Assembly: GCA_964629655.1 (NCBI GenBank)
Contig: CAZVQU010000002.1
Span: 298,840 to 362,839, forward strand
DNA from: an uncultured Planctomycetia bacterium
GTDB taxonomy: Bacteria; Omnitrophota; Gorgyraeia; Duberdicusellales; 4484-171
Direction of reading: 5' to 3'
Length of the DNA: 64,000 nt
Under the pieces are notes generated by a model. That model was not told where the DNA came from. It saw only the letters and a program-made list of their open reading frames with translations, and searched no databases. The position numbers and the translations under genes were made by a program. Each line of letters starts with the position of its first letter. The first letter of the stretch is position 1. This document shows, piece by piece, positions 1 through 11,528 of the stretch.

Positions 1-1539
1 CATGTTTACTACCTTACCCAACCTAATTGCTTCATGCATGATATGATCCTTGTAAGCAACTATCAACGCTAATGCTGTTAGGGCTGCTGAACCTATAGCA
101 AAACCCTTACCAGTAGCTGCTGTGGTATTACCTAAGGAATCAAGCTGATCAGTTCTTTTCCTTACTTCTGGTTCTAACTCAGACATTTCAGCTATGCCTC
201 CAGCATTATCAGCAATCGGACCATAAGCATCAGTGGCTAGAGTTATACCCAATGTGGAAAGCATTCCTACAGCTGAAATGCCCACACCATAAAGCCCCAT
301 ACCAAAACTGTTAAACCCTCCACTTATAGCAAAACTTGCTAAAATTGCACCACCAACCGTAAGCACTGCTCCAATTGGCGAAAGCATGCCTAGGGCGATA
401 CCCTCAATAACCATTATTGCCGTTCCGCTTTTAGAAGTTTCAGCTAGGTTTCTGGTCGGTTTGTATCCAGCAGAAGTAAAAAATTCTGTAAACTGACCTA
501 TTAATACACCAGCAATAAGCCCTATTACTACCGACCCAAAAACGCCTAGATATTCTTTACCTAATACATTCCAAACAACTATAAAAGAAAAAACAACAAC
601 TAACCCTGAAGCTGTCCAAACTCCTTTTCGCAAAGCCCTAAGTAATCCCTTTTGAGTAGCGCCTTCCTTGGTCCTAACAAAGAAATACCCAACTAAAGAT
701 GCTACAACTCCACATGCAGCCATAAGCATAGGAGTAATTACACCTTTCAGGCCTAAGCCAGCTGCAGCAGCTAAAGCCATTGTCGCTACAATAGCATCAA
801 CATAAGACTCATATAAATCTGCCCCCATTCCAGCAACATCACCAACATTATCGCCAACTAAATCAGCGATAGCTGCTGGGTTTCTAGGATCATCTTCGGG
901 CATCCCAGCTTCAACCTTACCAACCAAATCAGCACCAACATCAGCAGCCTTAGTGTAAATCCCTCCACCTAAGCGAGCAAAAAGAGCATAGCTAGATGCT
1001 CCCATCCCAAAGCAAAGCATTGTAGATGTTATAGCAGTTAATAAATCACTACCGACCGGTAAGGGATTAACAGTATAGTACCACTTTAGAATAACAAACC
1101 ACGTAGCCATCTCTAAAAGCCCCAGGCCTACAACCATAAGCCCCATGACTGTTCCACCGCTAAATGCGACTCGCAAGCCCTTATTCAAACTCTGCTTGGC
1201 AGCAAAAGCAGTGCGGGAATTTGACTTGGTAGCCACATACATTCCTATCCATCCGCAAAACCCGGAGAAAAGACCCCCGGTAATAAAAGCAAAAGGGACA
1301 AACATAACTAAAAATCCTTTAAAAGCCATGAGTAAAAGGATACAAAAAACAATTAAAAAGAATATTGAAACAACTTTGTACTGCTGCTTCAAATACCCCC
1401 TTGATCCTTCAAAAATATAGCGGGATACGGCCTGCATTTTCTCGCTGCCTTGGGGTTGTTTGAATATCCAACGGATTAAAAATCCACAAAAACTTAATGC
1501 CAGGAACGCTCCGGCAAAGACAAATATAACTGAATCCAT
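1..1539 (-). CDS. hppA: membrane-bound H+(/Na+)-translocating pyrophosphatase, partial (C-terminus beyond window start)
   Basis: By-eye translation of the reverse complement gives [15 protein letters not shown]... followed by multiple TM helices. The hallmark [14 protein letters not shown] motif is encoded at ~841-888. There is also a [18 protein letters not shown]-type motif near the window start. Start ATG at 1539..1537. The six-frame track only shows a spurious antisense ORF here. Confidence 0.8.
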   Translation of the reverse strand, partial: MDSVIFVFAGAFLALSFCGFLIRWIFKQPQGSEKMQAVSRYIFEGSRGYLKQQYKVVSIFFLIVFCILLLMAFKGFLVMFVPFAFITGGLFSGFCGWIGMYVATKSNSRTAFAAKQSLNKGLRVAFSGGTVMGLMVVGLGLLEMATWFVILKWYYTVNPLPVGSDLLTAITSTMLCFGMGASSYALFARLGGGIYTKAADVGADLVGKVEAGMPEDDPRNPAAIADLVGDNVGDVAGMGADLYESYVDAIVATMALAAAAGLGLKGVITPMLMAACGVVASLVGYFFVRTKEGATQKGLLRALRKGVWTASGLVVVFSFIVVWNVLGKEYLGVFGSVVIGLIAGVLIGQFTEFFTSAGYKPTRNLAETSKSGTAIMVIEGIALGMLSPIGAVLTVGGAILASFAISGGFNSFGMGLYGVGISAVGMLSTLGITLATDAYGPIADNAGGIAEMSELEPEVRKRTDQLDSLGNTTAATGKGFAIGSAALTALALIVAYKDHIMHEAIRLGKVVNM

Positions 1540-1584
1540 AAATTTACTCCTTTGATGAACACTTCCCTTTAGGGATAGTGCAAA

Positions 1585-2868
<1,284 letters not shown>

Positions 2869-2893
2869 TTACTTTGACTCCTTAGACTTAGGC

Positions 2894-4117
2894 TTACACA
2901 GCAAAGATCTTCTTTGCAATATCGGGGTGCTGAGCTAGGAATTTTAACTCATCCTCAACTAATGGCTTTTGGTTATGAACATTAGCATAGCGAGCTAGCT
3001 CTAAAATTTTGCGGGCCTCTTTGTCGTCTTTGAATTTTATTGCCAAACGATCATAAACATTGCGAAAACCTTTTATCCCGGAATACTCGCCTATAGTAAT
3101 CTTTCTGCCAGTATCAACAACTTCGGGTTCACCGCGACCCAAGGCTTCATAGTTATATAACTCATAGTTTCTTCTATCCTTTAGGGCGCCGTCAGCATGG
3201 ATTCCTGACTCATGAGCAAAAGCATTTGCACCGACACCAGGGTGATTTATAGGTATAGGTATACCGAAAGCATAAGAAGCATATCTACCTATTCTCCAGG
3301 CTTTCTTCAAGTTTACCTTGGAATCAAGTTTATATTTCTGCATACCGCTGCCATACTTAATTGCCAAGATAACACTAACTAAATCAGCGTTCCCGGCACG
3401 TTCACCCACTCCATTCACACAGGTATTGATATAAGCATCGACCCCATTATCCACTGCTGCCCTCGCTCCGGCAATAGAATTAGCGACCACAAGACCTAAA
3501 TCATTATGACAGTGAATTTCTGCCGGTAATTTTACCTTTCTTAAAATAGTATCCAGCCGCTCGTAGATAGAAAAGGGAGTGTCAAAGCCTAAGGTATCGC
3601 AATATCTAAATCTATCCGCTCCGGCTTCCTTTGCCGCCTTGACAAATTCAATCAAATATTCGATACGGGAACGTGAAGCATCTTCAGCATTAACCCCTAT
3701 TGCCTTTGCGCCTAACTTCCTGGCTAGTTTTACCGCCTCGGTCATATTCTTTATAACTCCTTTGTGGTCGAGACGGCCTTGGAATTTATGCTCAATCATC
3801 TGATCAGAGGTTGAAATTGAAAGGTTCAAATACTTTATCCCGGGAATATTCTTAAAAGCACTCTCAACATCCCCTTTTATTGCCCGTATCCAACCGGAAA
3901 GCCGTAAGTCCTTTATCGTTCCTTTGCGGACTAATTCTAAATTGGCCTTGAGGTAGTTACTCTCATGGCCAGTCATCGGAAACCCATACTCGCTCTGAAA
4001 TATTCCCATCTGATCAAGATAGAGGTTAATCATTGTCTTCTGTAATTTTGACAAGCATATCCGGGATGTTTGCACACCATCGCGGTTAGTAACATCAACT
4101 ATATAAATCTTAGCCAT
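2894..4117 (-). CDS. HMGL-like 2-isopropylmalate / homocitrate / citramalate synthase family protein (short form, no LeuA-type regulatory domain)
   Basis: 407 aa. It has the VDVTNRDGVQ N-terminus, a HCHNDLGLVVANSIAGARAA metal-binding motif and a DxH...GxGERAGNA pattern of the DRE-TIM aldolase HMGL family. I cannot assign specificity from sequence alone. Confidence 0.7.
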   Translation of the reverse strand: MAKIYIVDVTNRDGVQTSRICLSKLQKTMINLYLDQMGIFQSEYGFPMTGHESNYLKANLELVRKGTIKDLRLSGWIRAIKGDVESAFKNIPGIKYLNLSISTSDQMIEHKFQGRLDHKGVIKNMTEAVKLARKLGAKAIGVNAEDASRSRIEYLIEFVKAAKEAGADRFRYCDTLGFDTPFSIYERLDTILRKVKLPAEIHCHNDLGLVVANSIAGARAAVDNGVDAYINTCVNGVGERAGNADLVSVILAIKYGSGMQKYKLDSKVNLKKAWRIGRYASYAFGIPIPINHPGVGANAFAHESGIHADGALKDRRNYELYNYEALGRGEPEVVDTGRKITIGEYSGIKGFRNVYDRLAIKFKDDKEARKILELARYANVHNQKPLVEDELKFLAQHPDIAKKIFAV

Positions 4118-5043
4118 TATCTTCCTCCTTTGAAAAAACTCCTTAATTCTTCTTTATCAATATTAACTACCGTAAATATACGATTATTCTTCACTAAAAT
4201 AGCATTTCCACTTCCGACCATTAGTTCCTCTGCCAGCTGCTTATTCCTGCTAGTTAGTTTATCCATCTCCGGAGATGTCATCAAGTCTCTTACTTTTTTA
4301 TAGCTCAAACCTTCCTTCTCGGCTGTATCTATCCAAGAACTGTTTTCTATGTCCTTTATGCGCCGGTAAAGATAATTATTGGATTCCTTTGGGTAAAGCT
4401 CCCTTATGGCTAAAGCCACCCGCACTTCTTCTTTAGGATAACCGATCTTTTTGTTCTGAGAAACAACAAAATGAAGATCAAAGTCGATTTCATCTTCTCT
4501 TGAGAAACTTATTAAAGCATCTAAGGTCTCGCTGGCGCCTTTTTCGTAAAAATCCAAAAATAAATCAAGTTTACCTTTAATCTCTTTTCTCTCAAGAAAC
4601 CGGTATATACCAGATACTTCTTTTCTTAACAGAATTTTTTTTGCTTTTTCTTCTTCAAAAAGAACGCTAAGTTTTTGAAAGTTTTTTTCTTCCTTAATCA
4701 ATGGGCTAATAAGAAAACATGGCAAGGTCCGGATCTTATGCCGGGCAATGAGTTTCTTTGCCTGCCTCTTCTTGTAATCAATAGTCTCAAACTTAATTCC
4801 CGGAAATTTACTCTTCAGAAATCCTTGCGGCATTTGGGTAGAACAAAAAGAACAATTCTTGTCTGTAATAATAAGTGCTTCTATCTCTTTGGCTTCCCCG
4901 GGAGCGTGATCAGCTTTACATCCTTTACAAGGAGAAACCGGCTCATCCGCGTAAGTAAAAGATAAGGAGAAAAGAAAGGCGAAAATAACTAAAGATAGCC
5001 CGGAAATCCCCCTCTTAGCTAAACTCTTAAAATACACTACCAC
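4117..5043 (-). CDS. hypothetical secreted protein with CxxC motifs (possible thioredoxin-like fold)
   Basis: 308 aa. Hydrophobic N-terminal signal (LSLVIFAFLFSLSFTYA). Motifs CKGCKADH and CSFCSTQ. No confident family match by eye. Confidence 0.4.
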   Translation of the reverse strand: MVVYFKSLAKRGISGLSLVIFAFLFSLSFTYADEPVSPCKGCKADHAPGEAKEIEALIITDKNCSFCSTQMPQGFLKSKFPGIKFETIDYKKRQAKKLIARHKIRTLPCFLISPLIKEEKNFQKLSVLFEEEKAKKILLRKEVSGIYRFLERKEIKGKLDLFLDFYEKGASETLDALISFSREDEIDFDLHFVVSQNKKIGYPKEEVRVALAIRELYPKESNNYLYRRIKDIENSSWIDTAEKEGLSYKKVRDLMTSPEMDKLTSRNKQLAEELMVGSGNAILVKNNRIFTVVNIDKEELRSFFKGGR

Positions 5044-5048
5044 ATCTC

Positions 5049-6629
5049 CTATAGCTTTACTACTTTCAAGGAAACTATATTTGGATTAGATTTAATCTGA
5101 TTTACTACCCTTTCATCTACAGGATTATCTAAGTTGAGAATGGTCAGAGCTTCTTTTTTGCGACTACGCTTACCCAAGCTCATACCGGCTATATTGATAT
5201 TGTTAGACCCTAAAGTTGTACCTAGAAAACCGATAACTCCTGGCTTGTCCTGATTACTTATGACTAGCATCCGCTCAGAAGGTGCAATTTCAATGTAAAC
5301 ATCATCCATTTTAACAAAGCGAGCTTCTTTGTTAGAGAAAAGCGTTCCCTCTAATAGACGCTCCTCCTTATCAGAAGTAACCTTTACTCTTATGCTATTA
5401 GTATACTCCTCTTCCTCACTTACCTTTACCTGCTCCACCTTAATACTTCTGGCCTTGGCAACCTCTAAAGCATTTATGTAATTAACATCTTCTTCTAACT
5501 GCTGAGAGAAAAATCCCCGGGTAAAAGCCGCACCAAGAACGTCTACCTTGTAAGTTGATATTTCACCTAGATAGGATATTTTGATCTCCTTTACCCCACC
5601 CCGAATAAGCTGAGAGATAAATTTACCCATTTTCTCAGCCAAATTAAAGTAGGGCTCAATAATCTTATAGGTCTCGGGGTCAAGCTGAGCATAATTGACA
5701 GCATTTTTAATAGCCTTGCCCAAAAGAGCATCTTTTATGCAATGGGCGACTTCTATGGCGACATTCACCTGAGCTTCTTCAGTAGAAGCTCCCAGATGGG
5801 GGGTAGTAATAAGATTTTCTAAATCTAGAAGCTTAGACTCAAGAGGTGGCTCTTTTGAGTAAACATCTAAAGCTGCTCCGGCTATTCTTTTATCTCTTAG
5901 AGCCTTATATAAAGCCTCTTCATCCACTATCCCACCACGAGCACAATTAATCACAAAAGTACTTGGTTTCATCTGAGAAAATTCTTTGTCAGAAATCAAA
6001 CCCTTAGTCTCTTCGGTAAGGGGAGTGTGGACAGTAATAAAATCTGCTTTCTTCCATATTTCTTTTAGGCTTGCTAGTTTTACTCCAGTCTTCCCGGCCA
6101 CGTCTTCGGAAATAAAAGGGTCGCATACTAAAACTTCCATGCCAAAAGCGATTGCCCGCTTAACCACTTCTTTACCGATGCGCCCTAAGCCAACAACACC
6201 TAATACCTTGGAATAGAGCTCAATCCCCTTAAACTTAGACCGCTCCCACTTCTTCCCCTTAAGCGATATGTGGGCAAAAGGAATATTTCTAGCAACAGCC
6301 AGCATAAGGGCAAAAGTCTGCTCACAGGTAGAGATAGTGTTGCCTCCGGGAGCATTCATAACAATTATTCCTTTTTTGGTCGCGGCTTCTATATCAACAT
6401 TGTCCAAACCAACTCCGGCTCGGCCAATAGCTTTTAAACTATCTCCCTTTTCAATAACATCACTGGTAAGTTTTGTGCCGCTCCTTATTACAATGCCCTG
6501 ATAATCACCAATGATCTCTTTGAGCTCATCGGGACTTAACTTATACTTACAATCTACCTTAAAGCCGGCATCCTCTAATATCTTTACGCCTTCTGGTGAT
6601 AATTTATCAGATACAATAATCTTATCCAT
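5049..6629 (-). CDS. serA: D-3-phosphoglycerate dehydrogenase (long form with C-terminal ACT domain)
   Basis: 526 aa. NAD-binding GxGxIG (GLGRIGKEV), 2-hydroxyacid dehydrogenase catalytic motifs, and a C-terminal ACT-like region. Adjacent to a class-V aminotransferase. Confidence 0.9.
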   Translation of the reverse strand: MDKIIVSDKLSPEGVKILEDAGFKVDCKYKLSPDELKEIIGDYQGIVIRSGTKLTSDVIEKGDSLKAIGRAGVGLDNVDIEAATKKGIIVMNAPGGNTISTCEQTFALMLAVARNIPFAHISLKGKKWERSKFKGIELYSKVLGVVGLGRIGKEVVKRAIAFGMEVLVCDPFISEDVAGKTGVKLASLKEIWKKADFITVHTPLTEETKGLISDKEFSQMKPSTFVINCARGGIVDEEALYKALRDKRIAGAALDVYSKEPPLESKLLDLENLITTPHLGASTEEAQVNVAIEVAHCIKDALLGKAIKNAVNYAQLDPETYKIIEPYFNLAEKMGKFISQLIRGGVKEIKISYLGEISTYKVDVLGAAFTRGFFSQQLEEDVNYINALEVAKARSIKVEQVKVSEEEEYTNSIRVKVTSDKEERLLEGTLFSNKEARFVKMDDVYIEIAPSERMLVISNQDKPGVIGFLGTTLGSNNINIAGMSLGKRSRKKEALTILNLDNPVDERVVNQIKSNPNIVSLKVVKL

Positions 6630-7755
6630 AAAGAACCTCCTCTAATCGTGATACTGAAGCTCCTTGCTTAAACTCATAGCCTAATTTTGCTAATGCCTTC
6701 TCAAGGAGTGAAAAACATTCAATTAAATCCTTTTCATTTATCCAACCCATATGGGCAATTCTAAAAATCTTATCTTTAAGGTCAGCTTGACCACCAGCTA
6801 TACTCAAACCATATTCGCCCCTTAAAGTCTTAACAATATCTGAAGATTTAATATTTTCAGGAGAAACAATAGCTGTAACTGAATCAGAGGGCCATTGAGA
6901 GAATAATTTTAGCCCTAAAGCTTTAGCCGCCTCTCTTGCTGCCACAGCCATCTTAGAAAACTTCTTCCACCTTATCTCTATACCCTCTTTATTGATTGCG
7001 TCAATTGCAGTCTTTAAGCCCACAATGAGAGATACGGCTGAAGTATAAGGTGTATCATCCTTAGCATGGCTCTTTAAGGCTTTGTTTAAATCGAAATAGT
7101 ATTTAGGTAGATTGGAAGTTTCCATCGCGCTTTGGGCTTTTTTGTTTAAACTTATAAAGCTTAAGCCCGGAGGGAGCATGAAACCCTTTTGTGAACCGCT
7201 AACAACCACGTCAACTCCCCACTGATCAGTAAGTAAAACATCCTGGCCTAAACCGCTAATAGCATCAACTACCAAGAGTATATCTTTCTCACTCGTAATC
7301 TTAGCAATTTTCTCAATATCAAAAACAGTAGCTGTAGAAGTTTCACAGAGAGTAGTGAGTACCCCTTTAATATTTTTATTCTCGTCTAAAATTTTAGTTA
7401 ACTCATCTGGACCTGGCGCGCTTCCCCATTCTACATTCATCTCGACCACATCTAGGGTAAGAGCTTTGGCTATTTCTGCCCACCTTTGGCCGAATTTTCC
7501 CCCACCAATAGCTAATACCTTATCCCCTTTGGAGAACAAGTTGCTTACAGCAGCCTCCATAGCGCCAGTTCCTGAAGAAGAAAGAATCAGCACTGGATTT
7601 TCAGTACAAAAAACACTCTTTAATCCAGCATGAGCCTCCTTTAGGATCTCTTTAAATTCACTGGTACGATGATGCATTATCTCCTGTGACAAGCTCTCTC
7701 TCACAAAAGAAGGAACTGGTGAGGGACCGGGGGTCATTAAAAATCTGCGTTTCAT
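6622..7755 (-). CDS. class V aminotransferase (phosphoserine aminotransferase / serine-pyruvate aminotransferase type)
   Basis: 377 aa. MTPGPSPVP N-terminus and GTGAMEAA PLP-family signatures. Overlaps serA by 8 nt (operon), consistent with serine biosynthesis. Confidence 0.75.
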   Translation of the reverse strand: MKRRFLMTPGPSPVPSFVRESLSQEIMHHRTSEFKEILKEAHAGLKSVFCTENPVLILSSSGTGAMEAAVSNLFSKGDKVLAIGGGKFGQRWAEIAKALTLDVVEMNVEWGSAPGPDELTKILDENKNIKGVLTTLCETSTATVFDIEKIAKITSEKDILLVVDAISGLGQDVLLTDQWGVDVVVSGSQKGFMLPPGLSFISLNKKAQSAMETSNLPKYYFDLNKALKSHAKDDTPYTSAVSLIVGLKTAIDAINKEGIEIRWKKFSKMAVAAREAAKALGLKLFSQWPSDSVTAIVSPENIKSSDIVKTLRGEYGLSIAGGQADLKDKIFRIAHMGWINEKDLIECFSLLEKALAKLGYEFKQGASVSRLEEVLYG

Positions 7756-7791
7756 TGCTCTACTCCTACTAAATGAATCTTAAGTTAATAA

Positions 7792-8403
7792 TTATTTTTT
7801 GTTATTCTTACGTTTAGCGTTAATGAGTACTTCGTCCAATATCCCATACTCTTTTGCTTCCGAAGCACTCATGAAAAAATCTCTATCAGTATCTTCCTTT
7901 ATCTTATTGAGGGACTTGCCAGTATGTGAAGAAAGAATTTCGTTTACTTTAGTCCGAAGCCTCAAGATCTCTTTTGTCTGTATCGAAATATCCTCTGCTG
8001 AGCCCTGGACTCCACCCCAAGGCTGATGAATCATAATCCGGGAATTTGGAAGAGCGAATCTCTTGCCTTTAGTACCGGCGCAAAGAAGTAAGGCTCCCAA
8101 AGAAGCAGCTTGGCCTACACAATAGGTTGCAACATCACACTTTATAAATTGCATCGTATCATATATCGCCAAACCAGCAGTAATAGCGCCTCCGGGGGTA
8201 TTTATATAAAGATTGATATCCTTGCTTACATCCTCCATCTGCAAAAATAACAGCTGAGCAATCACCACGTTAGCAATGTTATCATCTACTGGTGTGCCGA
8301 TAAAAATAATTCTATCTTTAAGCAGTCGTGAGTATATATCATAAGCCCGTTCTACTCTTCCAGTTTGCTCAATAACCATAGGAACATACATTTGGTTTTT
8401 CAT
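7792..8403 (-). CDS. clpP: ATP-dependent Clp protease proteolytic subunit
   Basis: 203 aa. The RIIFIG...[13 protein letters not shown]...INSPGG...[11 protein letters not shown]...HQP pattern gives the catalytic Ser/His context of ClpP. Confidence 0.9.
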   Translation of the reverse strand: MKNQMYVPMVIEQTGRVERAYDIYSRLLKDRIIFIGTPVDDNIANVVIAQLLFLQMEDVSKDINLYINTPGGAITAGLAIYDTMQFIKCDVATYCVGQAASLGALLLCAGTKGKRFALPNSRIMIHQPWGGVQGSAEDISIQTKEILRLRTKVNEILSSHTGKSLNKIKEDTDRDFFMSASEAKEYGILDEVLINAKRKNNKK

Positions 8404-8456
8404 CTCTTACCTCCTTTCCTTAGTTTATTTAGTTTGTCGATTTGCCTAGTTTACTT

Positions 8457-9344
8457 TTAACTGTATATTGCGTGGCTTAAAACAAACCCTATGATAACAT
8501 CACCTAGGTTATCGTTTACTTTTATCCCCTCATTCCTGGCAATTGCTTCTAAAATATAGAATAATTTCAGATCTTCCTCAGCCGCTGATTTCAGTTTCTC
8601 TCCTAAATCCTTCTTATACTTATCAATATCTTCCTGAGGAACGCCTCGACGCTGCAAATTATAAATTTCTTTATCTATTAGCTCCTGATGGTGCCGGGCG
8701 ACTTCATCCTTGGGCAAATCCACCTTAAATGCTTTAAGCAGATGAGTGCGGACTTGACTATCGACTTTACCTCGGCGCTCTCTTGATTTCTCGATAAAAA
8801 GCTGAGCTCTTATTGCCTCTTTTAAGGACTTAACGTCAGGATAAGAAGCCCATTTAGCCAAATCGCCATCAGCTAAGTCTTTATTAATTACTTTCTTAAT
8901 CCCTTCTTTCAAATTAGTTAACACTTTTTCGATTTCAATTTCCTTTACTTCGCAATTTTTATCCGTAATCTTTATGCCTTTGTAGGAATTCTCTTTTGCC
9001 TCTACTTCAGGCCTGGCTTCAAAATCCGCAGAAAAAGACAAAGCGTCAGAGGTAAGTTTAATATCATAAACATGAGGCATACCGGCCGGTAATATTTTTT
9101 TATCTTCCAGGGCCTTGCGATAAAAAACTGGCAAGGATTCCTTTAGTAACTCTTCCTTTAGAAACTTACTGTGGTGCCTCTCGAGGATATCTAAAGACGC
9201 GCTTCCAGGCCTAAATCCGGGAACCTTAAGGTCCTTAGATTTCTTGCTATAAACTTCATTCTTTTCCTTTAAAAACTCTTCTCCCTCAACCTCTACTTTA
9301 ATCGTTCGTTTTAACTTATCTAACTTTTTTACTTCTATTCGCAT
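8457..9344 (-). CDS. tig: trigger factor, short form lacking the central PPIase (FKBP) domain
   Basis: 295 aa. N-terminal ribosome-binding domain with the GFRPG signature (KVPGFRPGSAS). C-terminal region aligns to the trigger factor C-domain. The ~100 aa FKBP domain appears absent. Classic tig-clpP adjacency. Confidence 0.7.
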   Translation of the reverse strand: MRIEVKKLDKLKRTIKVEVEGEEFLKEKNEVYSKKSKDLKVPGFRPGSASLDILERHHSKFLKEELLKESLPVFYRKALEDKKILPAGMPHVYDIKLTSDALSFSADFEARPEVEAKENSYKGIKITDKNCEVKEIEIEKVLTNLKEGIKKVINKDLADGDLAKWASYPDVKSLKEAIRAQLFIEKSRERRGKVDSQVRTHLLKAFKVDLPKDEVARHHQELIDKEIYNLQRRGVPQEDIDKYKKDLGEKLKSAAEEDLKLFYILEAIARNEGIKVNDNLGDVIIGFVLSHAIYS

Positions 9345-9389
9345 CCTAATCGTTTCTCCTTTACTTAAATTCTAAACTTTGTTAAAAAT

Positions 9390-10112
9390 TCACATCTTGA
9401 AATCTTTCCCTAAATATATCTCCTTGGCTTCATTGTTATTAATTAACTCATCCGATGTTCCTGAAACCAAAATTTTTCCTTCAGAAATCAAATAAGCTCT
9501 ATCAGTTATCGAAAGGGTCTCTCGCACATTATGGTCAGTTACTAAAATACCCATCCCCTTATTACTCAAATCAGAAATTATCTCTTTGGCTTCGCCAACT
9601 ACTATAGGATCAATTCCCGAAAAAGGTTCATCCAAAAGAAGAAAAGAAGGGTTAGTCACTAAAGCTCGGGTAATCTCTAAGCGTCGGGTCTCCCCACCAC
9701 TTAAGGTGTAAGCCTTGCTCTTTCGCAAATGCGATATCTTCAACTCTTCTAGCAATCCATCAAGACGTCTTAGGCGTTCCACACGCTGCAAAGGTAAAGT
9801 CTCTAAAATTGCCATAATGTTCTCCTCTACGCTAAGTTTTCTAAAAACCGAGGGCTCCTGAGAAAGATAGCCAATACCGAACTTGGCACGTACGTGAATA
9901 GGCGTATAGGTAATATTACGATTATCAAACGATATTTGGCCATCATCGGGAGAAATAATTCCCACCACCATATAGAAAGTAGTGGTCTTGCCTGCTCCGT
10001 TAGGCCCAAGCAAACCTACAACCTCACCCCTCTTCACTGACAAAGACACACCCTTTACCACTGTCTTATTGCCATAGGATTTGGTTAAATTATTAACTTC
10101 TAAAAGCCGCAT
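9390..10112 (-). CDS. lptB: LPS export ABC transporter ATP-binding protein
   Basis: 240 aa. Walker A GPNGAGKTT, LSGGE signature (YTLSGGETRRLEI) and Walker B LLLDEP. Sits next to kds/lpt genes as in the kdsD-kdsC-lptC-lptA-lptB arrangement. Confidence 0.85.
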   Translation of the reverse strand: MRLLEVNNLTKSYGNKTVVKGVSLSVKRGEVVGLLGPNGAGKTTTFYMVVGIISPDDGQISFDNRNITYTPIHVRAKFGIGYLSQEPSVFRKLSVEENIMAILETLPLQRVERLRRLDGLLEELKISHLRKSKAYTLSGGETRRLEITRALVTNPSFLLLDEPFSGIDPIVVGEAKEIISDLSNKGMGILVTDHNVRETLSITDRAYLISEGKILVSGTSDELINNNEAKEIYLGKDFKM

Positions 10113-10924
10113 TACTTAAAAAGATCTAAATCTTCCTCACTATCAGGATAATAAACTATTCTTGGTCGGCCTTCAAGAACTATTCTTTGCTCTTTGTTTA
10201 AATAAGTTGCCTTTTGAGAAAAAGTAACGTTACTGCCGCGTACTATTCTAACATTACCTTCAGAAACAATTTTTATTATTTCTTTATTCTCGGTATCGAA
10301 AAATAAAGTGGCCTTATCTGAATATAGCTTACCTTGAGGATGGGTAACCACCACATTCTCATTAAAGATTGCTTTTCCCTCGTTGTACTCAATCTCTAAA
10401 GGACCGCTGCAAACTGCTGTGGTAGCTTCCTTACTCTCTTTATCGGGAAGTGTTACTTTCACATCCTTCTTAAAAGCAGCGGTTTTGAGTTGAGTATCAG
10501 CTGAAAATCCGGATGCCTCTATTTCCATTGAATCCCTGGTAGTCTTTACCCAATCATCGGTCTCGACCTGATTCGACTCTCTCTTCCAATTCAAAGAATC
10601 AGTCTCTAAGGTTGCTCCCTCTTCATTCTCTATATGGACGCTATCTTTAAGATATACATTCATATTCTCTTTATTCAATCTTGCTTCATCAGAAGTAACT
10701 AGAATAGTGTCATCCTTTGCGTAGTAATTTGCTTCCATATCGTCGATATCTACATAATTATCATGCATAATAGCGGACTCCCCCTTTACCTCCCAATCTC
10801 GGGTGCCATCATCTTTAAAGTTAGAAAGATAAAAATCCTTAATTCTCTCTTGCGGGTAAGCCCGAATATTTATAGATACAGACGACAAAAGAATGGTAAT
10901 TAAAGTTAGGCTTCTTAAAAACAT
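10112..10924 (-). CDS. LptA/LptC-family (OstA-like) periplasmic LPS transport protein, candidate
   Basis: 270 aa. N-terminal signal/anchor. Position between lptB and kdsC is where lptC/lptA sit in other genomes. A beta-rich sequence. The family call rests on context more than on motifs. Confidence 0.45.
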   Translation of the reverse strand: MFLRSLTLITILLSSVSINIRAYPQERIKDFYLSNFKDDGTRDWEVKGESAIMHDNYVDIDDMEANYYAKDDTILVTSDEARLNKENMNVYLKDSVHIENEEGATLETDSLNWKRESNQVETDDWVKTTRDSMEIEASGFSADTQLKTAAFKKDVKVTLPDKESKEATTAVCSGPLEIEYNEGKAIFNENVVVTHPQGKLYSDKATLFFDTENKEIIKIVSEGNVRIVRGSNVTFSQKATYLNKEQRIVLEGRPRIVYYPDSEEDLDLFK

Positions 10925-10959
10925 ACTAATATATCAAATTACACCTTAAAGTCAACTGC

Positions 10960-11493
10960 TTAACGAGGATTTCTAACAATTCCATAGATATTCTTCTCTA
11001 AATTTTGAGCTTTAAAAATTAGGTCTGCTACCTCTCTCACTGCTCCTTCTCCACCTTTTCTTTTAGTAATATACTTAGCTGCTCGCTTAACTGCTAAAGG
11101 TGCATCAGGTACTGCCACCGATACTCCGACCTTCTCAATTACGCCTAGATCTATCCAATCATCGCCAATAAAACAGATTTCACCTTCTTTAACCTTATAT
11201 TTTTTCTTAATCTTTCCCAGAACGCTCTCCTTGGGTAGAATTCCGCCGATTACCTCAACCACCCGCATATCCCGGGCTCTTCTTTTAAGCACCGGAGAAT
11301 TATGAGCTGAGAGCAAAATCGTCTTAATTCCCATCTTGCTAAGAAGATATACTCCCAATCCATCTTTAACGTTGAAAATCTTAAAATCCCTGCCCTGACT
11401 GTCGTAAATTATTTCCCCGCGGGTTAAGACGCCGTCAACATCTAAAATGAGCAGCTTTACCTTCTTAAATAGGTCTTTAATCTTTTTGTTCAT
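10960..11493 (-). CDS. kdsC: 3-deoxy-D-manno-octulosonate 8-phosphate phosphatase (HAD family)
   Basis: 177 aa. HAD motif I LILDVDGVLT. KdsC-like length and context (kdsD/kdsA/kdsB adjacent). Confidence 0.8.
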   Translation of the reverse strand: MNKKIKDLFKKVKLLILDVDGVLTRGEIIYDSQGRDFKIFNVKDGLGVYLLSKMGIKTILLSAHNSPVLKRRARDMRVVEVIGGILPKESVLGKIKKKYKVKEGEICFIGDDWIDLGVIEKVGVSVAVPDAPLAVKRAAKYITKRKGGEGAVREVADLIFKAQNLEKNIYGIVRNPR

Positions 11494-11528
11494 AATTCAG
11501 CTAACGAACTTTACAAGTTCGAGTTTCA

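Noticed and set aside
1145-1420. 91-aa plus-strand ORF in the first 1.5 kb
   Set aside because: It lies antisense inside a well-supported H+-pyrophosphatase coding region (GDNVGD motif on the minus strand). It has no family features and is a typical shadow ORF.
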